Assembly: GCA_963788195.1 (NCBI GenBank)
Contig: CAWBGA010000001.1
Coordinates: 128,001-192,000, forward strand
Length of the DNA: 64,000 nt
Source of the DNA: Nitrospirota bacterium
Lineage (GTDB): Bacteria > Nitrospirota > Nitrospiria > Nitrospirales > NS-4
Reading direction: 5' to 3'
In this document: piece by piece, positions 22,455 to 31,580 of the stretch
Layout of the letters: each line of letters begins with the position of its first letter
Position numbering within the stretch: position 1 is the first letter of the stretch
Made by a program: the position numbers and the translations under genes
The notes under the pieces: model-generated
Database searches by the model: none
The model's input: the letters and a program-made list of their open reading frames with translations, nothing else
Told to the model about the DNA's origin: nothing

Positions 22455-22670
22455 ATGCGAATCGTCCTGAACGGAGAGTTCCGGGAGGTGCCAGACGCCT
22501 GCTCCGTGACCTCTCTTTTGACGCAGTTGCAGATCCCAAGTGACCGCGTGGCCGTTGAAGTGAACCTGAATATTGTTGACCGGCGTGCGTTCGACGGAAC
22601 GGACCTTCGGGATGGAGACCGGGTCGAGGTGATTGGATTTATCGGCGGTGGCAAGGAGATCGGACGATGA
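22455..22670 (+). CDS. thiS: Sulfur carrier protein ThiS (with C-terminal extension)
   Basis: [14 protein letters not shown] and [15 protein letters not shown] followed by KEIGR. Overlaps thiG. Confidence 0.92.
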   Translation: MRIVLNGEFREVPDACSVTSLLTQLQIPSDRVAVEVNLNIVDRRAFDGTDLRDGDRVEVIGFIGGGKEIGR

Positions 22671-23440
22671 ATGACGATACGTTGACGATAGCCGGCGTTG
22701 ACTTCCGTTCCCGCCTGTGGGTCGGCACGGGCAAATATAAGGATTTTGTGGAGACACAAAAAGCGATCGAGGCGGCCGGCGCGGATGTGGTGACCGTCGC
22801 CGTGCGGCGCGTCAACATCACCGATCGAAAATCCGACAACCTGCTGGATTATCTCAGTCCGAAGAAATATCACATCCTGCCCAATACCGCCGGCTGCTAT
22901 ACCGTCGAGGATGCGCTTCGCTATGCCCGTTTGGCGCGCGCCGCAGGCGTCTCCGACATGGTAAAGCTCGAAGTCATCGGGGACGAGAAGACGCTGTTTC
23001 CGGACACCGCCGGCCTGATCGAGGCGGCGCGGATTCTCGTGAAGGAAGGATTCATCGTGTTTCCCTATACCAACGATGATCCGGTGGTGGCAAAACGCTT
23101 GGTGGATATCGGTTGTCCTGCGGTGATGCCGCTGGCGGCGCCCATCGGGTCGGGTTTGGGAATTCGCAATCCGTACAACCTGAAGATCTTGATGGAAGCC
23201 GTGAATGTTCCGGTTATCGTTGACGCGGGAGTCGGCACCGCATCCGATGCAGCCCTGGCGATGGAGTATGGCGCGGATGCCGTGCTGATGAATACCGCGA
23301 TTGCAGGGGCGAAGGAGCCCATCCTGATGGCGGAAGCCATGAAGTATGCGATATTGGCCGGACGTCTCGCCTTCAAGGCTGGCCGCATTCCTCGCAAGCT
23401 GTATGCGACGGCGAGCAGCCCAATCGAAGGAATGTTATAA
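22667..23440 (+). CDS. thiG: Thiazole synthase
   Basis: SRL.VGTGKY, LPNTAGC, KLEV, PIGSGLG and DAGVG. Confidence 0.98.
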   Translation: MNDDTLTIAGVDFRSRLWVGTGKYKDFVETQKAIEAAGADVVTVAVRRVNITDRKSDNLLDYLSPKKYHILPNTAGCYTVEDALRYARLARAAGVSDMVKLEVIGDEKTLFPDTAGLIEAARILVKEGFIVFPYTNDDPVVAKRLVDIGCPAVMPLAAPIGSGLGIRNPYNLKILMEAVNVPVIVDAGVGTASDAALAMEYGADAVLMNTAIAGAKEPILMAEAMKYAILAGRLAFKAGRIPRKLYATASSPIEGML

Positions 23441-23465
23441 CCCAAGACCTGCCGATCCTTCCGCG

Positions 23466-24092
23466 ATGGCCCGCGTAGACTTTTCCTTTTACCTAATCAC
23501 CGATCGGCATCTGGTCCGTTCACGATCTCTCTTGGATGTTTGCGGTGCGGCCCTTCAAGCGGGGGTACGCGCGATTCAACTTCGCGAAAAAGATCTGCCG
23601 ACGCGGTCGCTGCTGACCCTAGCGCGTGAACTGTTGGAGCTCACCAGGCCAAGTGGAGCCAATCTCGTCATCAATGACCGGATTGATCTTGCGCTGGTCC
23701 TCGGAACTCGGGCAGTGCATCTTCCAGTCCGTGGCGCCTCGCCGTCGGTCGCGCGACGGCTATTGGGCGACAATGCCCTGATCGCAAGTTCCGCGCACTC
23801 AGCCGACGAAGCCATCGAGGCAGAAGCAGCGGGGGCGGACTTCGTGGTGCTGGGCCCCATTTTCGAGACCCCCACGAAGCGCGCGTTCGGGCCGCCCATC
23901 GGCCTGGAAGAGTTACAGCGCGCGCGAAGGCGCTGCCGGATTCCTCTGTTCGGCATCGGAGGTATTACGCCCGAGCGCGTATCTGAGGTCCAGCGTGCCG
24001 GGGCGCACGGCGTTGCCGTGGTGAGCAGTGTGATGAGCGCAGACGATGTCGAACGCACCTGCATTGATTTTTTGACGGCGCTAAAGGGCTGA
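23466..24092 (+). CDS. thiE: Thiamine phosphate synthase
   Basis: YLITDR, QLREK, INDRID, SAHS, GPIFETPTK and IGGI. Confidence 0.88.
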   Translation: MARVDFSFYLITDRHLVRSRSLLDVCGAALQAGVRAIQLREKDLPTRSLLTLARELLELTRPSGANLVINDRIDLALVLGTRAVHLPVRGASPSVARRLLGDNALIASSAHSADEAIEAEAAGADFVVLGPIFETPTKRAFGPPIGLEELQRARRRCRIPLFGIGGITPERVSEVQRAGAHGVAVVSSVMSADDVERTCIDFLTALKG

Positions 24093-24120
24093 GCACCTAC
24101 GGAAGTGGATGGAGCGGATG

Positions 24121-24149
24121 TTGACCCTCAAGGAATGCGATGCTAGACT
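24121..24149 (+). promoter_or_regulatory. Sigma70-type promoter of the proteasome operon
   Basis: TTGACC-17 nt-TAGACT with an extended TG. Confidence 0.7.
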
Positions 24150-24191
24150 GTGCGAGAGCTAAGTAGTTTTGACAGCGCGCAAGGATCAGCG

Positions 24192-25949
24192 ATGAAGAAG
24201 CCTCCAGGGCGACTGAGTTCGATTCGAAACACTGTGAAGAAATTAACCGAGCGCCTGTCCGATGAGCACTCTGAGGAGGGCGGCATGCAAGATGAGCAGC
24301 GCGAGAAAGAAAAGCTTCTGGTTCAGATCCGTTCCCTGGAGGAAGAGGTTCGGCGGATGAACCAAACACGAGCTCAGCTTGAGCAAGCGCACAAACAAAA
24401 CGATCGCCTTACGGAGGCTCTCCAGGAGGCGCGTTCGCGGATCGAGGCCATGCGAACGGAGGTTGAAAAACTCACCGCGCCCCCGGCTTCCTATGGAATT
24501 TACTCCGGCGCAAACGACGATGAGACTGTGAATGTCTATGTCACGGGTCGCAAGCTGAAGGTCAACCTGCATCCTTCCATCAGAGTGAAAGACCTCCGCA
24601 AGGGCCAGGAAGTCATTTTGAACGAAGCGTTGAACGTGATTGAGTCCCGCGGGTTTGAGGTGCAGGGCGAGGTCGTTCGTGTAAAGGATAATCTTGACGG
24701 GAAGCGGGCCATCGTGACCCTGCGTTCTGATGAAGAGCGGGTCGCTGAGTTTGCCGATCCGCTTCTGGTACAGCGACTGAGCGTCGGGGATCACCTTTTA
24801 TATGACGCGCGGTCCGGGTATTTGCTGGAAAGACTCCCCAAATCAGAGTGCGAAGAGCTGGTCCTGGAAGAAGTCCCGGACATCAAATACACCGATATCG
24901 GCGGGCTACATGATCAGATTGAGCAGATCCAGGACGCGGTGGAGTTGCCGGTCCTGCATCCGGAACTCTTCAAGGAGCACAAGTTGCGGGCGCCCAAGGG
25001 TGTCTTGTTATACGGCCCCCCGGGCTGCGGCAAGACCTTAATCGCCAAGGCCGTTGCGAACTCGATCGCGCAGAAACTCGCACATCTGACGTCCAAAGAA
25101 GTCCGAAGCTTTTTCTTGCACGTCAAGGGGCCGGAACTGCTCAATAAGTATGTCGGCGAATCGGAGCGCCAGATCCGGGAAGTCTTCAAGAAAGCCAAAG
25201 AAAAGGCGGACGACGGCTATCCTGTCATCGTCTTCTTTGATGAGATGGACGCTCTGTTTCGCACCCGCGGCAGCGGCATATCCTCCGATGTGGAGTCCAC
25301 CATCGTTCCTCAGTTTCTCTCGGAGATCGACGGAGTCGAGCGCCTGCGAAACGTCATTGTCATCGGCGCCAGTAACCGCCAGGATCTTATCGATCCGGCA
25401 GTGCTTCGGCCCGGCCGTCTGGATGTGAAGATCAAGATTGACCGCCCTGACAAAGCAGCGGCCAGGGATATCTTTTCGAAGTATCTCACGCCGGATCTCC
25501 CTTGGCATCCCGAAGAATTGGAGCAGGACGCAAACGATGCGATCAAAGCCGTCGAGCGTCTCATCTCGGTGACGGTGGAATCGATGTACGCGCTAAGTGA
25601 AGAAAACCAGTACCTCGAGGTCACGTACGGTAATGGCGACAAAGAGACGTTTTACCTGAAGGACTTTTCCAGCGGTGCGTTGATCGAAGGGATCGTGTCG
25701 CGGGCCAAAAAATACGCGATCAAACGCTTGCTGGCGACAGGGAAACGCGGCATCAAGGCCGAGGATCTATTGAAGGCCGTGCGGGATGAATTCAAGGAAC
25801 ACGAGGATTTGCCGAACACAACCAATCCGGATGATTGGGCCAAGATCGCCGGCAAGAAGGCGGACAAGATCGTCCATGTCCGAACTATCACGGTTGGCTC
25901 CAATGAGTCCCGGCGAATCGAGACCGTGATGACCGGCCAGTATCTCTAA
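24192..25949 (+). CDS. arc: Proteasome-associated AAA ATPase ARC/Mpa
   Basis: Coiled coil, PP..YG OB domains, [26 protein letters not shown] and a C-terminal GQYL proteasome-binding motif. Start is ATG 24192 or ATG 24285 (strong SD GAGGAGG). Confidence 0.96.
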   Translation: MKKPPGRLSSIRNTVKKLTERLSDEHSEEGGMQDEQREKEKLLVQIRSLEEEVRRMNQTRAQLEQAHKQNDRLTEALQEARSRIEAMRTEVEKLTAPPASYGIYSGANDDETVNVYVTGRKLKVNLHPSIRVKDLRKGQEVILNEALNVIESRGFEVQGEVVRVKDNLDGKRAIVTLRSDEERVAEFADPLLVQRLSVGDHLLYDARSGYLLERLPKSECEELVLEEVPDIKYTDIGGLHDQIEQIQDAVELPVLHPELFKEHKLRAPKGVLLYGPPGCGKTLIAKAVANSIAQKLAHLTSKEVRSFFLHVKGPELLNKYVGESERQIREVFKKAKEKADDGYPVIVFFDEMDALFRTRGSGISSDVESTIVPQFLSEIDGVERLRNVIVIGASNRQDLIDPAVLRPGRLDVKIKIDRPDKAAARDIFSKYLTPDLPWHPEELEQDANDAIKAVERLISVTVESMYALSEENQYLEVTYGNGDKETFYLKDFSSGALIEGIVSRAKKYAIKRLLATGKRGIKAEDLLKAVRDEFKEHEDLPNTTNPDDWAKIAGKKADKIVHVRTITVGSNESRRIETVMTGQYL

Positions 25950-25975
25950 GTTGTATACATCTGAACGGTAGCATT

Positions 25976-27454
25976 ATGATCAAGCGAGTCCTGGGGACGG
26001 AAACGGAGTTCGGTATCGCCAGCCGCGATGCGGACGCCGCTGATCCTGTGTCGAATTCTCTGTTCCTGATCAATCACTACCCGCATTTTCCCTCCGCGAA
26101 GTGCCTCTGGGATTATGAGAACGAGAATCCCTTGCTCGATATCCGGGGTTTTGAGGTCGAGGGGGAGCGCGAACGGCCAGGTCCTGATTACAATCGCTTG
26201 CTTAACAAGGTGTTGGCGAACGGTGGTCGGCTGTATGTCGATGGCGCGCATCCTGAATACTCGACTCCCGAATGCGTCACCGCCCGCGAAGTTGTAGCGT
26301 ATGAGAAAGCGGGAGAGCGGATTATTGCCTCGGCGCTCCACGCCGTTGAGCAGGTGCGCGGACCGGGTAAATTTCTAGTCTATAAAAATAACACAGATGG
26401 CAAAGGCAACAGCTACGGTTACCACGAGAACTATCTCGTGAGCCGTACGGTTCCCTTCGATCGACTCGTGAGGGCCTTACTGCCGTTTTTGGTCACCCGC
26501 CAGATCTATGCGGGGGCGGGCAAGATCGGCGCCGAAAACCAAACCGCTTCGTGCGAATATCAATTATCACAGAGGGCCGATTTCTTCGAGACCTTGGTGG
26601 ATCTTAACACCATGGTGAAGCGACCGATCATCAATACCCGTGATGAGCCGCATGCCGATCCCGTCAAATATCGTCGCCTGCATGTCATTGCGGGCGATGT
26701 GAACATGGCTGAATGCTCCACCTACCTGAAAGTCGGGACGATGGCGATTCTCCTCGACATCGTGGAAGCCGATGGCACGGTTCCGCAGATCGATCTGGAC
26801 TCTCCGATACAAGCCATCAAGCAAGTGTCCCGGGATCTGGAGGTCAAGATGGACATCCGCCTGACAGGCGGAAAAACCATGACCGCGATAGCCATTCAGC
26901 GGGCCTATCTCAAAGCTGCCCAGGATTTCTACGCGTGCCATGAGCTGACAGTTCCCGTGAAAGAAGTCATGATCCGGTGGGAAGAGACGCTCGATAAGCT
27001 TGAGCGGGATCCGCGGGAGCTTGTACGGGAGCTGGACTGGGCCGCGAAAAGATCTCTGATTGAATCCTACATCGAGCGAAAGGGATGCGGGTGGGATGAT
27101 CCAAGAGCTGCCATGCTCGACCTCCAATACCACGATGTTCGCCCGGAAAAGGGGTTATACTTCACCCTGGAGCGCGGAAACCACATCGATCGAATTGTTA
27201 CGGACGCAGAGGTGCTGCGCGCTGAGGGCAATGCGCCGACTGAAACGCGCGCATACTTCCGGGCAGGCTGTGTGAAGAAATGGCCGCAGGAGGTCTATGC
27301 CGCCAGTTGGACATCGGTGCTATTCGACGTCGGAAACGCGGCGATCAAGAAAGTCCCGCTGATGGAACCCCTGCGCGGGACCGAAGCCCTGACAAAGGGA
27401 TTGCTGGACGAATCCGATACCGTCGATTCCCTCTTGACCAAACTAAAGGCCTGA
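25976..27454 (+). CDS. dop: Depupylase/deamidase Dop
   Basis: GTETEFGI, Dop-loop WDYENENPLLD.RG, NGGRLYVDGAHPEYS, NTRDEPHAD and RAYFR. Confidence 0.93.
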   Translation: MIKRVLGTETEFGIASRDADAADPVSNSLFLINHYPHFPSAKCLWDYENENPLLDIRGFEVEGERERPGPDYNRLLNKVLANGGRLYVDGAHPEYSTPECVTAREVVAYEKAGERIIASALHAVEQVRGPGKFLVYKNNTDGKGNSYGYHENYLVSRTVPFDRLVRALLPFLVTRQIYAGAGKIGAENQTASCEYQLSQRADFFETLVDLNTMVKRPIINTRDEPHADPVKYRRLHVIAGDVNMAECSTYLKVGTMAILLDIVEADGTVPQIDLDSPIQAIKQVSRDLEVKMDIRLTGGKTMTAIAIQRAYLKAAQDFYACHELTVPVKEVMIRWEETLDKLERDPRELVRELDWAAKRSLIESYIERKGCGWDDPRAAMLDLQYHDVRPEKGLYFTLERGNHIDRIVTDAEVLRAEGNAPTETRAYFRAGCVKKWPQEVYAASWTSVLFDVGNAAIKKVPLMEPLRGTEALTKGLLDESDTVDSLLTKLKA

Positions 27455-27460
27455 CGCGCC

Positions 27461-28280
27461 GTGCCGCTGCCGAGCGGACGACGATCCGGGCTCCAGCTTC
27501 CACGACTTTATCTCAAGCAGTCGCTTTGAGTCGGGTGGCGTGGGCTTTAACAGGTCGTCATCGCCCGCGGCGCCCGCCTCGCATGTGCCGACCGGGTTGC
27601 CGCCTGTCCCTCATGGGACCACCATTCTCGCTCTTCGATATCAGGGAGGAGTCCTGATGGCCGGCGACCGCCAGGCCACCGAGGGATTTCAGGTCTCGTC
27701 TCGCCGTATAGACAAAGTATTTCGGACCGACCAGCACTCTGCAATAGCGATTGCCGGGGCGGCGGGCCCTGCCCTCGAACTTGCTCGCCTGTTTCAAATC
27801 GAACTTGAGCATTACGAGAAACTCGAGGGAGATAATCTCTCCTGCGAAGGTAAGGCGAACAAACTGGCGCAGATGGTGCGTAGCAACCTTCCCATGGCTT
27901 TTCAGGGTCTGGTCGTCGTACCGCTCTTCGGCGGCTACGATCTCAAGCGCCGGGAAGGGCGGATTTTCAAGTACGATGTCACCGGCGGGCGATATGAGGA
28001 AATCGAGTACTATGCGGTGGGGTCCGGCGGCAAGGATGCGCGTGACACCATGAAGGTCTTGTACCGACGCAACCTGGCGCCGGCGGAGGCCCTGAAAGTC
28101 GCCATGGAAGCCCTGTATAATGCAGCAGAAGAAGATGTGGGAACGGGAGGACCGGATCTGGTCAGGGGGATTTATCCGACGGTGAAAATGATTAACGACG
28201 AGGGCGTGCGTGATTTAGACGACACGCAGATCGCCGAGGCGTGCAGGGTGTTGATTGAGTCGCGACGGGACCGGGTATAA
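27461..28280 (+). CDS. prcB: 20S proteasome beta subunit
   Basis: PHG|TTIL autoprocessing site and MAGDRQAT. A propeptide-like GSSFHDF lies in frame upstream of GTG 27540, so the true start may be GTG 27461 with one extra base. Confidence 0.93.
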
Positions 28281-28282
28281 AG

Positions 28283-28972
28283 GTGGCTTTACCTTACTAC
28301 GTGTCTCCCGAGCAGATGATGGCCGACAAGGCCGAGTATGCCAAGAAAGGGATTGCCAAGGGCCGGTCTATTGTCGTCATGGAGTACGCAGGCGGGATCC
28401 TGCTGGTGGCCGACAATCCTAGCGCGTCGCTCCATAAGATTTCTGAGATGTACGACCGTATCGCGTTTTCCGGCGCCGGCAAATACAATGAATATGAAAT
28501 TCTCCGCAAAGCCGGTATCCGTCATGCGGATCTGAAGGGCTACATGTACAGCCGTGAGGACGTCACTGCTAAGTCTCTCGCAAACGCCTATTCACAGACG
28601 ATCGGCTCCATTTTCAGTACGGATCCGAAGCCGCTGGAAGTGGAAATTCTGGTTGTGGAGGTGGGTGAAGGGGAAAAGCCTAACGAGATTTACCGCATTT
28701 CCTACGACGGAAGCATCATCGATGAGCGCGGCGTTGCGGTCATCGGCGGCAAATCCGAAAATCTGCTTGCGTTTCTGAAGGGGCGGCCGACCGCCTCGGG
28801 TAGTGTATTGAAGGATGCCCTTACACTGAGCGTCGAGGCTTTGGACACCGTGACGAACCAGAAGTTAGGACCCGACGCCCTTGAAGTGGCCGTGCTGGAT
28901 CGCACCCGGCAAGGGCGGACCTTCAGGCGCCTGCCTCCGGGGGAGCTTCGAACGCTCCTGCCTTCCGCATGA
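28283..28972 (+). CDS. prcA: 20S proteasome alpha subunit
   Basis: PYYVSPEQMM.DKAEYA.KGIA.GRS, KISE.YDRI and LEVAVLDR. Confidence 0.95.
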   Translation: MALPYYVSPEQMMADKAEYAKKGIAKGRSIVVMEYAGGILLVADNPSASLHKISEMYDRIAFSGAGKYNEYEILRKAGIRHADLKGYMYSREDVTAKSLANAYSQTIGSIFSTDPKPLEVEILVVEVGEGEKPNEIYRISYDGSIIDERGVAVIGGKSENLLAFLKGRPTASGSVLKDALTLSVEALDTVTNQKLGPDALEVAVLDRTRQGRTFRRLPPGELRTLLPSA

Positions 28973-30345
28973 AGCCGCGCATCTTCGGCCTTGAGAACGA
29001 ATACGGGCTCATTTTTTCCCCCAACGGCCGGATCTATCTCCCTATTGAGAAAGTGCTCGGCTATATCTTCGAAGGCCTGATACCTAATAGTTGGCCCTCC
29101 AACGCCTTCCTCGTCAACGGCGCTCGCTTCTATCAGGATACGGGCTGCCATCCCGAGTATTCGACCCCCGAGTGCGACAACATCGAAGACCTGGTGATCC
29201 ACGACAAGGCGGGTGAACGGTTGCTTGAAGCCTGCCTGCCTGCAGCCGAGGAACGCTTGCGCGAAGAGGGGCTGTCGGGGGAGATCTACATCTTCAAAAA
29301 CAATACCGATTCGCTGGGCAATACTTACGGATGTCACGAGAACTTTTTGATGCGCCGCGACGTCGATTTTTGGAAGGTCACCGAGCAGTTAATTCCCTTT
29401 TTTGTCACCCGTCAGGTATTTGCGGGGGCCGGCAAGGTCTTGAAGCTTTCCGGCAAGACCCAGCTGTGTCTCTCGCAGCGGGCACAGCACATTCATGAGA
29501 AGACCTCGTCCTCTACGACGTCCTCGCGCAGCATTATCAATACCCGTGATGAGCCGCATGCCGATGCCGAAAAATATCGGCGTCTGCATATCATTGTCGG
29601 CGATTCGAACATGTCTGAGCTGGCCACATATCTGAAGGTCGGCACCGCGGCGCTGGTGTTGTCGATGATCGAGGACGGCTTTACCGTGAACGGCATCGAG
29701 CTTGATGATCCGGTGAAGGCTATCCGAGAGATTGCCCGGGACACCACGCTTAAGAAAAAGATCAAGCTGGAGGATGGGCGCGAAATGACCGCGATCGAGA
29801 TTCAGCGGATCTACCTGGAGCAGGCCATGGAGTATCTGTGGTCGACGGAGGAAGACCCCGTGGAAGCCGATGTGGTGCGCCGATGGGGGTGGGTGCTCGA
29901 CCGCTTGGAAGAGGATCCCATGCAGCTGTGCCACGAAGTGGATTGGGTGATCAAGAAGCACTTGATGCAGCAGTACATGGATCGGAAAGGCTGCAGCTGG
30001 GATGACCCCCGGATCATGCTCATGGACTTGCAATACCACGATGTGAAACGGTCGCGCGGCTTGTATTACCTCCTGGAAAAACGTGACTTGGTGGAGAAAT
30101 TAGTCCCGGAAGAGAATGTTCAGCGGGCGATGACCACCCCACCGCAGACGACACGCGCGAAGGTGCGAGGGGATTTTATTCGCTTCGCGCGGGCCAAAAA
30201 TAGATCTTATACCGTGGACTGGACGTATCTTAAACTCAACGGTTATTGGGAAGAAACGATTCTTTGTATGGATCCGTTCAGTGCTACGAACCGGCGGGTA
30301 GAGGAGCTGCTCCTGCAGGTCGGAGGCCAGCGCGCGTTTCGCTGA
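28969..30345 (+). CDS. pafA: Pup-protein ligase PafA
   Basis: RIFGLENEYG, NGARFY.DTG.HPEYSTPEC, SSSTTSSR.IINTRDEPHAD, TRAK.RG.F and VDW..LKLN. Confidence 0.94.
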   Translation: MKPRIFGLENEYGLIFSPNGRIYLPIEKVLGYIFEGLIPNSWPSNAFLVNGARFYQDTGCHPEYSTPECDNIEDLVIHDKAGERLLEACLPAAEERLREEGLSGEIYIFKNNTDSLGNTYGCHENFLMRRDVDFWKVTEQLIPFFVTRQVFAGAGKVLKLSGKTQLCLSQRAQHIHEKTSSSTTSSRSIINTRDEPHADAEKYRRLHIIVGDSNMSELATYLKVGTAALVLSMIEDGFTVNGIELDDPVKAIREIARDTTLKKKIKLEDGREMTAIEIQRIYLEQAMEYLWSTEEDPVEADVVRRWGWVLDRLEEDPMQLCHEVDWVIKKHLMQQYMDRKGCSWDDPRIMLMDLQYHDVKRSRGLYYLLEKRDLVEKLVPEENVQRAMTTPPQTTRAKVRGDFIRFARAKNRSYTVDWTYLKLNGYWEETILCMDPFSATNRRVEELLLQVGGQRAFR

Positions 30346-30346
30346 C

Positions 30347-31254
30347 GTGGTACGCCCAATTCCTCTTCTCGGTGGTCTTCTCCTCGCCCTCACCGCGATC
30401 GCCTACGCCGCAACGCCCTCCGACCCCGGCCTCGCTCAGGAGCCGGCTACGCCCCGCGCGGATTCTGCTGCGCTTTCCGGAAAACAAGGTGAGATCCTTT
30501 ATGTGAGACTGAAGATCGAGGACCATTCAACATCGGTGGTGGGCCTATGGCGTGATCGGCACGTTCCGTTCTTCAGGCTTTCGGATTCTGAGTTTGCGGC
30601 GCTTGTTGGGATCGACATGACCGACCAGCCTGGGACAGTCGATTTTACCATAGACATCAACGCCTCCGAAGCCACGCGACCAGCGATCACTCCGGATCAC
30701 GATTGCCCCGGAGACTTTTCGCGAACAACGCCTGACACTCCCGAAAGGCGCAGGTCGATCCGGACCCGGCTGCCTTGAAGCGGATCGCTATGGAGCGGGA
30801 ACAGGTCAAGACGGTCTTCGCGAGCTCCAACGCCGAACGGCTCTGGACAAAGGGCTTCGTGGTGCCTGTCGAGGGCGTGGGGACAGGGGCATTCGGCAGC
30901 CGCAGGATCTTAAACGGCCAGCCACGCAATCAGCACAGCGGTGAGGATATCGCAGCGCCGCTCGGGACCCCTATCAAGGCGACGAATACCGCAATCGTGA
31001 GGTTGGTGGACGACCATTTTTTCAGCGGTACGAGTGTGATTCTGGACCATGGACTCGGGCTCTACACCATGTACTCACACCTGCATACTACCACAGTGAA
31101 GGAAGGTGATAGGGTCCAGCGCGGGGACATCATTGGAACCGTCGGAAAGAGCGGTCGTGCTACCGGCCCGCATCTCCACTGGGGGGCATGGCTGAACGGC
31201 TCACGGGTCAATCCCTTCGCACTCACTAAGCTGCCGATCGACAGCGCTCCGTAA
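30347..31254 (+). CDS. M23 family metallopeptidase, two apparent frameshifts (~30680, ~30745)
   Basis: Signal peptide. Two single-base removals give ...QRSLRITIAPETFREQRLTLPKAQVDPDPAALKRI... joined to HSGED, YSHL and ATGPHLHW. Confidence 0.85.
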
Positions 31255-31532
31255 GCCTGTGAAAACTGGCCTGGCCGCGGCACGTCCGCTGGCCGGCAGT
31301 CACCCGTTCACACCTCTTTCACCTATTTGCGGCTCGCGTGTCTCATTGACAAGAATACTACAGGGGTCTACGCGTGGAGAACCTCGAACGGAAGGCCCAG
31401 AGCTAGGCTCATCAATCAGCTCAACCGATCAATCACGAGCGTTTCGGCTGTAGCAATCGGTGCTGACGCTGGCTGGTCAACATGTCCACCCGCACCTTCA
31501 CCGTCGAGTCATTGGTTGAAAACGACTGCAGA

Positions 31533-31571
31533 CCCTTCGACGGTGCTCAGGACTGGCAGGCTCAGGGTGAC
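31533..31571. repeat. REP-like intergenic motif
   Basis: CCCTTCGAC-GGTGCTCAGG-ACTGGC-AGGCTCAGGGTGAC with a duplicated GCTCAGG. Resembles widespread CCCTTCGAC..GCTCAGG intergenic repeats. Single copy in this window. Confidence 0.35.
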
Positions 31572-31580
31572 TAAAAATGA

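Noticed and set aside
30322..30345. GGQ near the PafA C-terminus (…QVGGQRAFR) as a fused Pup-like tag
   Set aside because: It is not terminal and lacks the acidic Pup region and the F/YVQKGG context, so it is likely chance.
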